From Escherichia phage vB_EcoM_PhAPEC2, in the sequence record NC_024794.1: a stretch of 64,000 bases of DNA, one strand, 5' to 3'. Positions 12,597 to 22,010 of the stretch are shown piece by piece; within the stretch, counting starts at the first letter, position 1; every line of letters starts with the position of its first letter. The position numbers and the translations under genes are program-made. The notes beneath the pieces are model-generated. The model was not told the DNA's origin and did not search any database. It worked only from the letters and a program-made list of their open reading frames with translations.

Positions 12597-13880
12597 ATGA
12601 GTAAAATCCAAAAATTATTGCGTGAATCTACAACGTCTACTAGCAACTCAATTGGTCGCCCAAATCTCGTTGCTTTGACTCGCGCTACGACTAAATTAAT
12701 ATATTCTGACATTGTAGCAACACAAAGAACTAATCAACCTGTTGCTGCTTTTTATGGTATCAAATATCTTAACCCAGATAACGAATTCACATTTAAAACT
12801 GGTGCTACTTATGCGGGTGAAGTTGGATATGTAGACCGAGAAAAAATTACTGAGCTCACAGAAGAATCAAAAGTCACACTAAATAAAGGCGATTTTTTCA
12901 AATATAATAATATCGTCTATAAAGTGTTAGAAGATACACCATTTGCAGATATTCAAGAAAGTGATCTAGAATTAGCTCTTCAGATTGCAGTCGTTCATTT
13001 AAAGGTACGGTTATTTTCAGATGCAGCGGTAACAAGCAAATTTGAAAGCTCTGGTAGCGAAATTTCTGATGCAAGATTCCAGATTAATAAATGGCAAACT
13101 TCAGTCAAATCTCGTAAACTTAAAACCGGCCTCACGGTTGAATTAGCGCAAGATTTGGAAGCGAATGGATTTGATGCCCCTAACTTTTTAGAAGATTTGC
13201 TTGCTACTGAAATGGCTGATGAAATTAATAAAGATATTCTTCAGTCTTTAATTACTGTATCGAAACGTTATAAAGTTACTGGAATTACTGACACTGGATT
13301 TATTGACTTGAGCTATGCATCCGCTCCAGAAGCAGGTCGTTCATTATATCGAATGGTGTGTGAAATGGTATCACACATTCAAAAAGAGACAACTTATACT
13401 GCGACGTTTTGTGTAGCCTCAGCTCGTGCAGCTGCTATTCTTGCTGCTTCTGGTTGGTTAAAACATAAGCCAGAAGATGACAAGTATCTTTCACAAAATG
13501 CTTATGGATTCTTGGCAAATGGATTACCTCTTTACTGCGATACTAACAGTCCGTTAGATTATGTTATTGTGGGTGTTGTAGAAAATATCGGCGAAAAAGA
13601 AATTGTAGGGTCCATCTTTTATGCTCCATACACTGAAGGAGTAGATTTAGATGACCCGGAACATGTTGGTGCTTTTAAAGTTGTAGTTGATCCAGAAAGC
13701 TTGCAACCGTCTATCGGATTACTGGTTAGATATGCTTTATCAGCAAATCCTTACACAGTAGCAAAAGACGAAAAAGAAGCGAGAATAATTGATGGCGGGG
13801 ACATGGATAAAATGGCAGGACGTTCAGACTTGTCTGTTTTACTCGGTGTTAAATTGCCTAAAATTATTATAGATGAATAA
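12597..13880 (+). CDS. 24: capsid vertex protein gp24
   Basis: 427 aa, same length as T4 gp24; position after gene 23. Confidence 0.9.
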   Translation: MSKIQKLLRESTTSTSNSIGRPNLVALTRATTKLIYSDIVATQRTNQPVAAFYGIKYLNPDNEFTFKTGATYAGEVGYVDREKITELTEESKVTLNKGDFFKYNNIVYKVLEDTPFADIQESDLELALQIAVVHLKVRLFSDAAVTSKFESSGSEISDARFQINKWQTSVKSRKLKTGLTVELAQDLEANGFDAPNFLEDLLATEMADEINKDILQSLITVSKRYKVTGITDTGFIDLSYASAPEAGRSLYRMVCEMVSHIQKETTYTATFCVASARAAAILAASGWLKHKPEDDKYLSQNAYGFLANGLPLYCDTNSPLDYVIVGVVENIGEKEIVGSIFYAPYTEGVDLDDPEHVGAFKVVVDPESLQPSIGLLVRYALSANPYTVAKDEKEARIIDGGDMDKMAGRSDLSVLLGVKLPKIIIDE

Positions 13881-13882
13881 AC

Positions 13883-13911
13883 AAAAAAAAGGGACCGTAA
13901 GGTCCCTTTTT
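13883..13911. terminator. bidirectional terminator between gene 24 (+) and rnlB (-)
   Basis: A8-gggacc-gtaa-ggtccc-T5. Confidence 0.7.
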
Positions 13912-13913
13912 CG

Positions 13914-14912
13914 TTATGATACTAATTCAATCCATGCAGGACGCAGAACATCTTGCACCATTCGGACTAATTCTTTCTTAACAAGATTCGGATTATCAGA
14001 TGATGTTAATACAATACCTTCACGAGAAGTTTCTTCCAGAATATCTTGAACAGTTAATCCCATCACTTTGCCAAAATCTTTTGGCGTTACAGCCCCAATC
14101 TTAGAAATCACATTATTAACACGATTTAATGTAACATAACAAGCTAGAACATCAAGCAGGTTTTTGTCAATTTCTGTTAATGGAACCTGAGTTTTAATAG
14201 GCTTATCAGACTTTTTCTTTTCACTGAATTTAGAGTTCTTGCACTTAATAGCTACACGAGTACCGTTTGGCAGCCATTTAGGGAAACAGGGCTTCAGAAC
14301 ATAACCTTCTGCCGTATTATCGCCAATAACATTAGCATCAAATACACAATTATTTGCTTCTACAAGGTCTTCTGACGCAGTAGCATTATAAGCGGCTAAG
14401 ACAGAATCAAGGTCGTTTGGAATCATGATAAGAGAATCAAATGTTCCACGTCCAAGCATTGGTGCCATTTTAAAACCGAATTCATTACAGAAATCTTGCA
14501 TTTCGTAATCGGTCAAATACGTATTATCACCACTTTCTGTATTGATAAGGATATCGAACACATAAAAATCTTTTTCACCGTAGTCAACACCTTTCTGGAT
14601 TCCACCACCAGCGAATTCACCGAATACTTGATATGATACGGCTCGAGCTGTGTACATGAATTCCTGAACGGCTTTAATAGCTTTATCATACTTCTTGAGT
14701 ACGATTTCATAACCATAAAAATCTTCTGCTGGAAGAATAGGGCCTGTGCGCTTGGCGCATGTGACGTTGTCACGTTCAATTATTAACGAGAAGTTAGTCC
14801 CATGGATTTTCTCACGTGCTACCCAAACACCAGTAGTCAAACCATTAGTGTAGAGTTTTTCAATAAACTTAGAGTTGTAGTGGTTTTCAAGACTGCTGTA
14901 TTTCTTAAACAT
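13914..14912 (-). CDS. rnlB: RNA ligase 2 (RnlB)
   Basis: 332 aa; N-terminus [21 protein letters not shown]...[12 protein letters not shown] with ligase motif I KIHGTNF matches T4 Rnl2. Confidence 0.95.
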   Translation of the reverse strand: MFKKYSSLENHYNSKFIEKLYTNGLTTGVWVAREKIHGTNFSLIIERDNVTCAKRTGPILPAEDFYGYEIVLKKYDKAIKAVQEFMYTARAVSYQVFGEFAGGGIQKGVDYGEKDFYVFDILINTESGDNTYLTDYEMQDFCNEFGFKMAPMLGRGTFDSLIMIPNDLDSVLAAYNATASEDLVEANNCVFDANVIGDNTAEGYVLKPCFPKWLPNGTRVAIKCKNSKFSEKKKSDKPIKTQVPLTEIDKNLLDVLACYVTLNRVNNVISKIGAVTPKDFGKVMGLTVQDILEETSREGIVLTSSDNPNLVKKELVRMVQDVLRPAWIELVS

Positions 14913-15003
14913 AAATCACCATTATAAATAATAATATCAAAATAATTAGCAGAGACTCTATCTCTGGCCCGATGTTTAATTTGAATGGATAGAACCTAGA
15001 TTC

Positions 15004-15030
15004 ATTATACCATCAAAAAATGTAAAGCAT
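15004..15030 (-). promoter_or_regulatory. MotA-dependent middle promoter for rnlB
   Basis: Minus strand ATGCTTTAC (MotA box) - 12 nt - TATAAT, ~90 nt upstream of rnlB ATG. Confidence 0.55.
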
Positions 15031-15031
15031 A

Positions 15032-15283
15032 TTAGAACTTGATTTCTATCCAATGACCATCGCGCTGGTCGTGATTAATTTTATACTGAAAGCCATTATC
15101 ACGTAACCACTGCCCGACTTGCTCGGTGATAGTTAAATCATTCTTTGACGGGTAGTACGTGAATTGTGTCTGACCTTTATCAGCGGCTTTCTCTGCCATC
15201 ACAGAGAAGTTAGTAATAAAATCTTTCAACAAATTGGCTTTAGTGGCCAGGGCCCTTTCTCTTAATTCCTGTGCAAAACTCAT
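15032..15283 (-). CDS. hypothetical protein (T4 24.2 position)
   Basis: 83 aa ORF between rnlB and hoc. Confidence 0.6.
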   Translation of the reverse strand: MSFAQELRERALATKANLLKDFITNFSVMAEKAADKGQTQFTYYPSKNDLTITEQVGQWLRDNGFQYKINHDQRDGHWIEIKF

Positions 15284-15480
15284 TTCTTCACCTTTTTGTT
15301 AATCAAACGTTTACGGTATACAACTTTTTCTTTTGCTTTAAACTTTGACCGAGCTGTCTCGGCTTTAGTCCATAATAATCCAACTTCTTTAGGTTGTAAA
15401 CCGATTTTTTGAGCAATTTCTACGAATGAAAATCCCGCCTCATGTAATGTATAAACTTCAACTTCAGCTCTCATAATCAA
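15280..15480 (-). CDS. hypothetical protein, possible helix-turn-helix (T4 24.3 position)
   Basis: 66 aa ORF; segment FSFVEIAQKIGLQPKEV is HTH-like. Confidence 0.55.
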   Translation of the reverse strand: MIMRAEVEVYTLHEAGFSFVEIAQKIGLQPKEVGLLWTKAETARSKFKAKEKVVYRKRLINKKVKK

Positions 15481-15540
15481 TCCCGTATTATTTGGTTTGT
15501 GCCATTATATACATCAATCTCAAGTTGTGTTTTGTATGCT

Positions 15541-15569
15541 TTAAAAACGAAGAAAGGGGCCGAAGCCCC
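15541..15569 (-). terminator. intrinsic terminator after hoc
   Basis: Minus strand GGGGC-TTCG-GCCCC then TTTCTTCGTTTTT. Confidence 0.6.
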
Positions 15570-15575
15570 TTACGT

Positions 15576-16706
15576 TTATGGATATGTATAGATGATACCA
15601 GTTTCCAAAGCAGTTTTATGGATGATGTATCCATTACGTGATTCTTGAACATCAACTTCTGGATAGTCTTTCATCATCTTCTGAAGAGTGTAACGATGCA
15701 GGTAGTATTTACTATCTGGATCTTCAGTTTTCCAATCTTTACCTTCTTCAGTCATTTTTTGGATTTCATCCATAACCCACCAACCGCACCAGATGTAAGC
15801 TGAAGTACGATGTGGAAGAGGATGAACATAAGGTAGTTCACCTTCTGGTTCCGGCGCAACTTTATCAGTCACTTGAACTTGACCTTCTGCTGTGATAGTT
15901 TTGCTATCATAATCAGTGGCAGTAACAGTTGCAGTAACTTCAATAGTTTGACTTCCAATAGATGATGTATCAACGGTGTATACATTAGTTGACCCTTCTA
16001 CAGGAGAAGAATCTTTCTTCCATGAATAAGTAATTTGTGCTTCTTCTGGTGCACCAGTAACATTGGCTGTAAATGTAGCCGAAGCATCTTGTTGAACGTT
16101 AATAGAAGGAGGAGTCAATGTAACCTGTGGATTCATTGTCTTCTTATTAACTGTTAATGATACTTCATTAGAAGTAACTGTTTTTGCGTCATAATCCGTT
16201 GCTGTTACTTGGGCTACGCATTTAATTCTTTTTACTCCACTTGTAGTTGGAGTGTAATTGAACGTAGCATTAGTTTCTCCACCAACCTGTGAATCATCTA
16301 CATACCATTGATAAGTAGCGTTTGCGCCTGATGGCTGCGAAGCTAAAGCGGCCGTAAATTGAACTGTGGTTCCAATTACTCCTGCTGGAGGACTATCAGG
16401 AGTTACTGCCAAAGTAGTCGTTTGTGTCTTGTTTTGAACTGTGATAGTCGTAGTAATTTCTGCTGTTTCAACGTCAGTATCAGGAATAGTATTTGTTGCA
16501 ACAACTTTAATTGTTTTTGTTCCAGCAGGTCCTTTTAACACATAATCAAAAGTTTCTGCCGATCCTACTTGAGGAGCATCGTCTACACTCCATGCATAGG
16601 TAATAGTTCCACCTCCAGTTTCACCACTGGGAGTAGCAGTAAACTGCTTAGTCTCATCTATAACTCCAGTAGGTGTTTTAGGAGTTATATCAACTGTAAA
16701 AGCCAT
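15576..16706 (-). CDS. hoc: Hoc, highly immunogenic outer capsid protein (Ig-like domains)
   Basis: 376 aa; near-identical to remembered T4 Hoc (MxFTVDITPKTPTGVIDETKQFTATPSG...). Confidence 0.95.
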   Translation of the reverse strand: MAFTVDITPKTPTGVIDETKQFTATPSGETGGGTITYAWSVDDAPQVGSAETFDYVLKGPAGTKTIKVVATNTIPDTDVETAEITTTITVQNKTQTTTLAVTPDSPPAGVIGTTVQFTAALASQPSGANATYQWYVDDSQVGGETNATFNYTPTTSGVKRIKCVAQVTATDYDAKTVTSNEVSLTVNKKTMNPQVTLTPPSINVQQDASATFTANVTGAPEEAQITYSWKKDSSPVEGSTNVYTVDTSSIGSQTIEVTATVTATDYDSKTITAEGQVQVTDKVAPEPEGELPYVHPLPHRTSAYIWCGWWVMDEIQKMTEEGKDWKTEDPDSKYYLHRYTLQKMMKDYPEVDVQESRNGYIIHKTALETGIIYTYP

Positions 16707-16715
16707 AAGTTATCC

Positions 16716-17384
16716 TTATTTTAATGTTACGAAAGAAGAATTACGAGTTTCACGAATTAGAACTGATCCATCGCGATTAATATAATAAATTAAGCTAAAT
16801 AATGTTTGGTGAGCAGAAGCATGCACAAAACTAGTTGGGCGAGATTTCCAATCTGGGGTTTCGGCTATCCATTGATAAATCCACCAAGGAACAGTAACAT
16901 ACCCTGGGCCTTTGCCTAATTTAATGAGTGTAGGACTAAAATTTTCAGGCAGAACAAAATTTACTTCTTTATTTACCTCTGTCTCAGGCTCTTTTTCAGA
17001 TTCAACAACCTGAGTAATTGCTTCTTCAAATTTATCATGGTCGAATTCTTTTTCTTGTTCGACAACTTCTAATACTTCAACTTGTTCTGTTGGAGAATCA
17101 AACAACAGAATAGCTTCTTCTTTAACTTCTTCGTTGGTGAAATTAACACCGTCCACATCATCTGCGGCAGTAATTAAATCGGTGATAGATAATCCATCAG
17201 TTTCAGGTAATGGTTCATCAGCCAGTGCGTTAAGAGCTTCTTCGATATCAATAACAATATTATCGAATGATTTTGTTTTCTTAACACTAATGCCAAATTG
17301 TTTCGCATATTCGAACAGTTTAGCTTTGGCTTCCTTTTTATCAGAAAGAGCACGTAACTCTTCAATATAGTCTTTATCGATCAT
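16716..17384 (-). CDS. inh: Inh, inhibitor of prohead protease
   Basis: 222 aa acidic protein at T4 inh position between hoc and uvsW. Confidence 0.75.
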   Translation of the reverse strand: MIDKDYIEELRALSDKKEAKAKLFEYAKQFGISVKKTKSFDNIVIDIEEALNALADEPLPETDGLSITDLITAADDVDGVNFTNEEVKEEAILLFDSPTEQVEVLEVVEQEKEFDHDKFEEAITQVVESEKEPETEVNKEVNFVLPENFSPTLIKLGKGPGYVTVPWWIYQWIAETPDWKSRPTSFVHASAHQTLFSLIYYINRDGSVLIRETRNSSFVTLK

Positions 17385-17397
17385 GGTATTTCCTCAT

Positions 17398-17405
17398 TAT
17401 AAATA
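17398..17405 (+). promoter_or_regulatory. T4-type late promoter for uvsW
   Basis: Exact TATAAATA ~29 nt upstream of ATG 17435. Confidence 0.6.
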
Positions 17406-17434
17406 TAACTATATTTATTACATGGTAATTTGAC

Positions 17435-18949
17435 ATGACTGACATTAAAGTACATTTTTATGATTTTAGTCACGTGCGCATTGAATGCGACGAAAGTACG
17501 TTTTACGAACTTCGTGACTTTTTTAGCTTTGAAGCTGACGGGTATAAATTTAACCCAAAATATCGCTATGGGAACTGGGATGGTAGAATTCGACTTTTAG
17601 ATTACAACCGTTTGTTACCATATGGACTTGTAGGACAAATAAAAAAGTTCTGTAACAATATGAGTTATTCCGTATGGATTGACCCTAAAATCTTTGAGAC
17701 TGAAGACCTTACCAGGGAAGATTTTGACGCATGGCTTTCTAAACAAGAGATTTATTCAGGCAACTCCAAAATAGAACCACATTGGTATCAAAAAGATGCA
17801 GTATACGAAGGACTAGTTAATCGTCGTCGAATTTTAAACCTTCCGACATCAGCAGGTAAATCACTAATCCAAGCACTTTTAGCTCGGTATTATCTAGAGA
17901 ACTATGAAGGTAAAATTCTCATTATCGTCCCTACAACAGCATTGACAACCCAGATGGCTAATGATTTTGTTGATTATCGCTTGTTTAGTCATTCGATGAT
18001 TAAGAAAATTGGTGGTGGTGCTGATAAAGCTGACAAATCTAAAAACGACGCTCCAATTATTGTTGGCACATGGCAAACGGTAGTTAAGCAGCCTAAAGAA
18101 TGGTTCTCTCAGTTCGGTATGATGATGAACGATGAATGCCACTTAGCAACAGGCAAAAGTATTTCTTCAATCATCTCAGGATTAAATAATTGCATGTTTA
18201 AATTCGGTTTATCTGGCTCATTAAGAGACGGAAAAGCCAATGTAATGCAGTACGTAGGTATGTTCGGCGAAATCTTCCGTCCTGTTAGCACGTCTAAATT
18301 AATGGAAGACGGACAGGTAACTGAGCTTAAGATTAATAGTATTTTCCTTCGTTATCCAGACGAATTCACTGTTAAATTAAAAGGTAAAACATACCAAGAA
18401 GAAGTTAAAATTATTACCGGACTAAAACGACGTACAAAGTGGATTGCTCAACTTTCAGTCAAATTGGCTAAGAAAGACGAGAACGCCTTTGTAATGTTTA
18501 AACACGTTACACACGGTAAAGAAATATTTGAAGCTATTAAAGAGCTTGGATACGAAAAAGTTTATTACGTATCAGGTGAAGTTGATACTGAAACACGTAA
18601 CGCGCTTAAAGTCATGGCAGAAAATGGTAAAGGCATTATTATTGTTGCATCATATGGAGTATTCTCTACTGGTATTTCAGTCAAGAATCTTCATCATGTT
18701 ATTTTTGCCCATGGTGTTAAATCAAAAATTATCGTACTTCAAACCGTAGGTCGTGTGCTTCGTAAGCATGGTTCTAAAGCTGTTGCTACAGTTTGGGATC
18801 TAATCGATGACGCAGGTGTAAAACCTAAATCATTAAATACTAAAAAGAAGTATACTCATCTTAATTACTTGTTAAAACACGGTATTGATCGTATCCAACG
18901 TTACGCTGATGAGAAATTTAACTATGTAATGAAAACAATTAATTTATAA
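17435..18949 (+). CDS. uvsW: UvsW RNA-DNA / DNA helicase
   Basis: 504 aa; SF2 helicase motifs (PTSAGKS, DECH); position as T4 uvsW. Confidence 0.9.
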   Translation: MTDIKVHFYDFSHVRIECDESTFYELRDFFSFEADGYKFNPKYRYGNWDGRIRLLDYNRLLPYGLVGQIKKFCNNMSYSVWIDPKIFETEDLTREDFDAWLSKQEIYSGNSKIEPHWYQKDAVYEGLVNRRRILNLPTSAGKSLIQALLARYYLENYEGKILIIVPTTALTTQMANDFVDYRLFSHSMIKKIGGGADKADKSKNDAPIIVGTWQTVVKQPKEWFSQFGMMMNDECHLATGKSISSIISGLNNCMFKFGLSGSLRDGKANVMQYVGMFGEIFRPVSTSKLMEDGQVTELKINSIFLRYPDEFTVKLKGKTYQEEVKIITGLKRRTKWIAQLSVKLAKKDENAFVMFKHVTHGKEIFEAIKELGYEKVYYVSGEVDTETRNALKVMAENGKGIIIVASYGVFSTGISVKNLHHVIFAHGVKSKIIVLQTVGRVLRKHGSKAVATVWDLIDDAGVKPKSLNTKKKYTHLNYLLKHGIDRIQRYADEKFNYVMKTINL

Positions 18950-18962
18950 GGGCTTCGGCCCT
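18949..18962 (+). other. UUCG-tetraloop hairpin after uvsW (no U-tract)
   Basis: agggc-ttcg-gccct, followed by SD of uvsW.1. Confidence 0.4.
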
Positions 18963-18974
18963 TAGGAGATAAAA

Positions 18975-19208
18975 ATGGTACTTGAATTTAAACAATTTTT
19001 ATACGAAGCATCTATTGACGAATTCATGGGTAAAATTGCTAATTGTCATACCTTAGAAGGGCTTGAAGAATTGGAAGCTTATTACAAGAAACGTATAAAA
19101 GAAACGGAATTAAAAGATACAGATGATATTTCTGTCAGGGATGCCTTAGCAGGTAAGCGTGCCGAACTTGAAGGGGACGATGATGAGGATGAGGAAGAAG
19201 ACTTCTAA
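18975..19208 (+). CDS. uvsW.1: UvsW.1 small acidic protein
   Basis: 77 aa, acidic C-terminal tail, directly after uvsW. Confidence 0.8.
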   Translation: MVLEFKQFLYEASIDEFMGKIANCHTLEGLEELEAYYKKRIKETELKDTDDISVRDALAGKRAELEGDDDEDEEEDF

Positions 19209-19210
19209 TT

Positions 19211-19245
19211 AAAAAAGGCCCGACCTTTTTGGAAGGGCCAAAAAC
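19211..19245. terminator. imperfect hairpin flanked by A/T runs between uvsW.1 (+) and small minus-strand gene
   Basis: aaaaaa-ggcccgacc-ttttt-ggaagggcc-aaaaa. Confidence 0.45.
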
Positions 19246-19267
19246 CATAGGCAAAAAAAAGGTAACA

Positions 19268-19435
19268 CTATAGTAAAAGTTGGGTTTCGTTCAATTGCTC
19301 TTCTGAACTTTCTGAAACCGGCAATTGTTGGACATAATTATAACAAGGACCAGGATGTGCTGGACCTTTGTCTGTTTCAACAACCAATGCAGAATCGATT
19401 GGAGTTTTACAGACAACACAAATCTTATCTGACAT
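19268..19435 (-). CDS. small hypothetical late protein (55 aa, CxxC ... C; T4 uvsY.-2 position), not in ORF track
   Basis: Hand translation MSDKICVVCKTPIDSALVVETDKGPAHPGPCYNYVQQLPVSESSEEQLNETQLLL; SD AGGAGG 5 nt before ATG; late promoter upstream. Confidence 0.6.
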   Translation of the reverse strand: MSDKICVVCKTPIDSALVVETDKGPAHPGPCYNYVQQLPVSESSEEQLNETQLLL

Positions 19436-19464
19436 GATTGCCTCCTAAGTTGAAATTACATATC

Positions 19465-19472
19465 TATTTATA
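19465..19472 (-). promoter_or_regulatory. T4-type late promoter for ORF 19268-19435
   Basis: Plus tatttata = minus TATAAATA, ~30 nt upstream of ATG 19435. Confidence 0.55.
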
Positions 19473-19692
19473 CCACTCGCATGCACATATCGATACCCAT
19501 ATCTTTTGTATAAAAATACTCGTCGATGTACCCGGCAAATTTTCCTTTAATATAAAGGACATCTTCACCACATGGGTGGTCGGCCAGGATACGAATATCC
19601 TGACGACGTAGACGATACTTTTCCATTAAGAATTTAATTTCAGTTTCAAATTCTTCATCATTATTAAAGGCATCTTCAATTGAGTACCGCAT
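19468..19692 (-). CDS. hypothetical protein (T4 uvsY.-1 position)
   Basis: 74 aa ORF immediately downstream of uvsY. Confidence 0.65.
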   Translation of the reverse strand: MRYSIEDAFNNDEEFETEIKFLMEKYRLRRQDIRILADHPCGEDVLYIKGKFAGYIDEYFYTKDMGIDMCMRVV

Positions 19693-20105
19693 TATTGCCC
19701 CGCTTCAAATTCACGCATATCCTGGATATGTTTAAGTGCAAAACTACGAGACTTAACTGCGTCAAGTGCACCACTACAGAACTCAAGTAAAATTCCCCAG
19801 TATTGTAAAGTAGTCTCTATTTTAAGCACATCTTTATCTGCAGCCAGGACAGTTTTCATTTCAGATTTCTCGTATCGGTCCATACTGAATTCATCACCAT
19901 CACCTCGTCCCGAGTAGTAGTCTAATCTTGCTTTTAGAGCAGTTTTCTTCTGAGTCTCTATACGCAACATTTCTTTACGAATAAATGAATGCTTACGTAG
20001 CCATTTGCTGTATAACTTAACATTATTCGCCGTCTCATATTGCAACTTTGTCGTATCAATAGCTAAGTCTGCGTCTAACTCTTCCTGTAAATCTTCCAGC
20101 TTCAT
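19692..20105 (-). CDS. uvsY: UvsY recombination mediator
   Basis: 137 aa from ATG 20105 (MKLEDLQEEL...) matches T4 UvsY; in-frame upstream ATG at 20186 would add 27 aa. Confidence 0.9.
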   Translation of the reverse strand: MKLEDLQEELDADLAIDTTKLQYETANNVKLYSKWLRKHSFIRKEMLRIETQKKTALKARLDYYSGRGDGDEFSMDRYEKSEMKTVLAADKDVLKIETTLQYWGILLEFCSGALDAVKSRSFALKHIQDMREFEAGQ

Positions 20106-20160
20106 AATATTCTCTCTTTTAACTAATAATCTCCCGGCTGTATCGGAAGGACCTAAAACC

Positions 20161-20187
20161 ATTATACACAGGTTGCCTTGAAGCATT
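20161..20187 (-). promoter_or_regulatory. MotA-dependent middle promoter upstream of uvsY (T4 ori(uvsY)/oriF-type)
   Basis: Minus strand AATGCTTCA (MotA box) - 12 nt - TATAAT, inside 3' end of gene 25. Confidence 0.6.
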
Positions 20188-20584
20188 ACACTCTATTGCT
20201 TGACGCTAACTGAAGTTTAATTTGTTCAATATCGTCAGGGTTGTCTACGACCGAAAATCTAATCTCTACTATAACCGTATAGTCGTCATATACTGGCGTT
20301 ACACTTACAGAAAGTTTGTCGATGCGCGGCTCATAGTTACGGACGGCTGCTTGGATATTACGCTCAATCGTATCGGCTGTAAGCGGTGTCATGTTCTCGA
20401 AAAGTTCATCAACCAAATCGCATCCAAATTCAGGGTCGAAGGGGCGTGAGCCTTTTCTAGTTGTCACTATGCCAAGAAGACTATTTTTAATAGAACGAAG
20501 TCCTACAGAACGAGCAACGTCCTTGTTCCAATCCATACGCATTTCTGGGTCGATATCTGAATAAAGTTTATTGATATTAGACAT
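20186..20584 (-). CDS. 25: baseplate wedge protein gp25
   Basis: 132 aa, same length as T4 gp25. Confidence 0.9.
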   Translation of the reverse strand: MSNINKLYSDIDPEMRMDWNKDVARSVGLRSIKNSLLGIVTTRKGSRPFDPEFGCDLVDELFENMTPLTADTIERNIQAAVRNYEPRIDKLSVSVTPVYDDYTVIVEIRFSVVDNPDDIEQIKLQLASSNRV

Positions 20585-21210
20585 TATAGTAACTCAAAGA
20601 ATTCTTTGAGGCCTCGTATTGTGTGAACGTGTGACGCCCCGCATTTGGGACATTTAATAGGGGTTGCCAGATAAATTGATGGCGATACCAAAAGATTTTT
20701 AATATTGATCATGTCATCTTCTGTTATAAGGCCGTAAAGGTCATTTATTTCTGCTTCAGTTAAATCTTCAACAGGGATGGACTCTCCATTGACAAAAACA
20801 GCCTCAATACATGAAGCAATCATTAATGCGATATTTTTATCATCGAATAATTTAGGTTGACGGAACTTAATTTTAATACCGCTGAACGAATACCAGGGAT
20901 CGGCCTGTTCATCCAATTGAGTGTGCAATAAATTCATATAGACTTGAAATGAATGCCCACAGGAACAATTCCAGGTGTGTTCTTGATTCACTTCACCTAA
21001 CGAATGTGCCCACAGATTTACCAACAATAGCTCGGCTTCTTGTTTAGTCAAGTTTTTAGCATTAGAGCAATTAGTGATAATATTGTTCACTGCTGATTCA
21101 ATAGTACCGGTAGCCCGCGCACCTATGAGTCCTAAATATTCTTTTAAAGTAAAGGCTCTACAATTCACTTCTTTATCGCCTAAACGTACGGTAAACGTAT
21201 ATTTGTACAT
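20584..21210 (-). CDS. 26: baseplate hub protein gp26
   Basis: 208 aa, same length as T4 gp26. Confidence 0.85.
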   Translation of the reverse strand: MYKYTFTVRLGDKEVNCRAFTLKEYLGLIGARATGTIESAVNNIITNCSNAKNLTKQEAELLLVNLWAHSLGEVNQEHTWNCSCGHSFQVYMNLLHTQLDEQADPWYSFSGIKIKFRQPKLFDDKNIALMIASCIEAVFVNGESIPVEDLTEAEINDLYGLITEDDMINIKNLLVSPSIYLATPIKCPKCGASHVHTIRGLKEFFELL

Positions 21211-21228
21211 GTTAACTCCTTTATTGTG

Positions 21229-21240
21229 TATTTATAAATA
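21229..21240. promoter_or_regulatory. overlapping divergent late promoters (TATTTATAAATA) for genes 26 (-) and 51 (+)
   Basis: Plus TATAAATA 21233-21240 (ATG 21258); minus TATAAATA = plus tatttata 21229-21236 (ATG 21210). Confidence 0.55.
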
Positions 21241-21257
21241 ATAGAAAAGGAGTAATT

Positions 21258-22010
21258 ATGGCTAATATAATTCGTTGTAAATTACCGGATGGTGTTCATC
21301 GTTTCAAGCCGTTCACCGTGGCGGATTATAGAGACTTTTTACTAGTTAGAAATGATATCGAACATCGTTCGCCGCAAGAACAAAAAGAAATAATTGCCGA
21401 TCTGATTGATGATTATTTTGGCGAGTACCCTAAAACATGGCAACCATTTATATTCCTGCAAGTTTTTGCAGGCTCTATAGGCAAAACAAAAGTTCCCGTT
21501 ATTTTCACTTGCCCTAAATGCTCTAAAGAAAAAACTGCACCATTTGAGATATATCAAAAAGAACTAGTCGAACCTGAACTTGATGTTGCTGGTATAAAAA
21601 TACGTTTTTCTTTCCCTGAAAAGTTTTATGACAATAAAGCATTAATGATAAGTGAAAACATAAAAGAAATATATTATAATGATGAATGGTACCCATGGAA
21701 TGATTTGACTGAAGAGAACCAAATCCAAGTAATAGAAGCAATAGACATTGACTCGCTCGAGAAGGTTATTGCTTCTATGAACCCTATTAATTTGACCCTT
21801 AGATTAGGTTGTTGTGAACGTCATGTTAAAACATATACTGATATCTTAGAGGTTTTTAAATTGTTAGTTAACCCTGATGAGATTTTTACATTCTATCAGA
21901 TAAACCATTCACTAGTAAAGAGTCAATACACATTGGATTCTATTATGCAAATGATTCCTGTTGAACGTGGTATTGCTTTAACATTAGTAGAAAAGGACCA
22001 TAAAAAATGA
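21258..22010 (+). CDS. 51: baseplate hub assembly protein gp51
   Basis: 250 aa; position/length as T4 gp51. Confidence 0.85.
   Translation: MANIIRCKLPDGVHRFKPFTVADYRDFLLVRNDIEHRSPQEQKEIIADLIDDYFGEYPKTWQPFIFLQVFAGSIGKTKVPVIFTCPKCSKEKTAPFEIYQKELVEPELDVAGIKIRFSFPEKFYDNKALMISENIKEIYYNDEWYPWNDLTEENQIQVIEAIDIDSLEKVIASMNPINLTLRLGCCERHVKTYTDILEVFKLLVNPDEIFTFYQINHSLVKSQYTLDSIMQMIPVERGIALTLVEKDHKK

Noticed and set aside
14923-14930. Exact TATAAATA on the plus strand in the rnlB upstream region
   Set aside because: No plus-strand gene follows for ~2.5 kb and it points antisense to hoc/inh; most likely a chance match in AT-rich DNA, though an antisense late RNA is not excluded.
20105-20186. Longer track starts for uvsY (20186), alc (41785), dsbA (51779), holin (62614), gp15 (1021)
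   Set aside because: Downstream ATGs give T4-like lengths and N-termini, better SD spacing, and lie downstream of the mapped promoters; upstream starts kept only as read-through alternatives.
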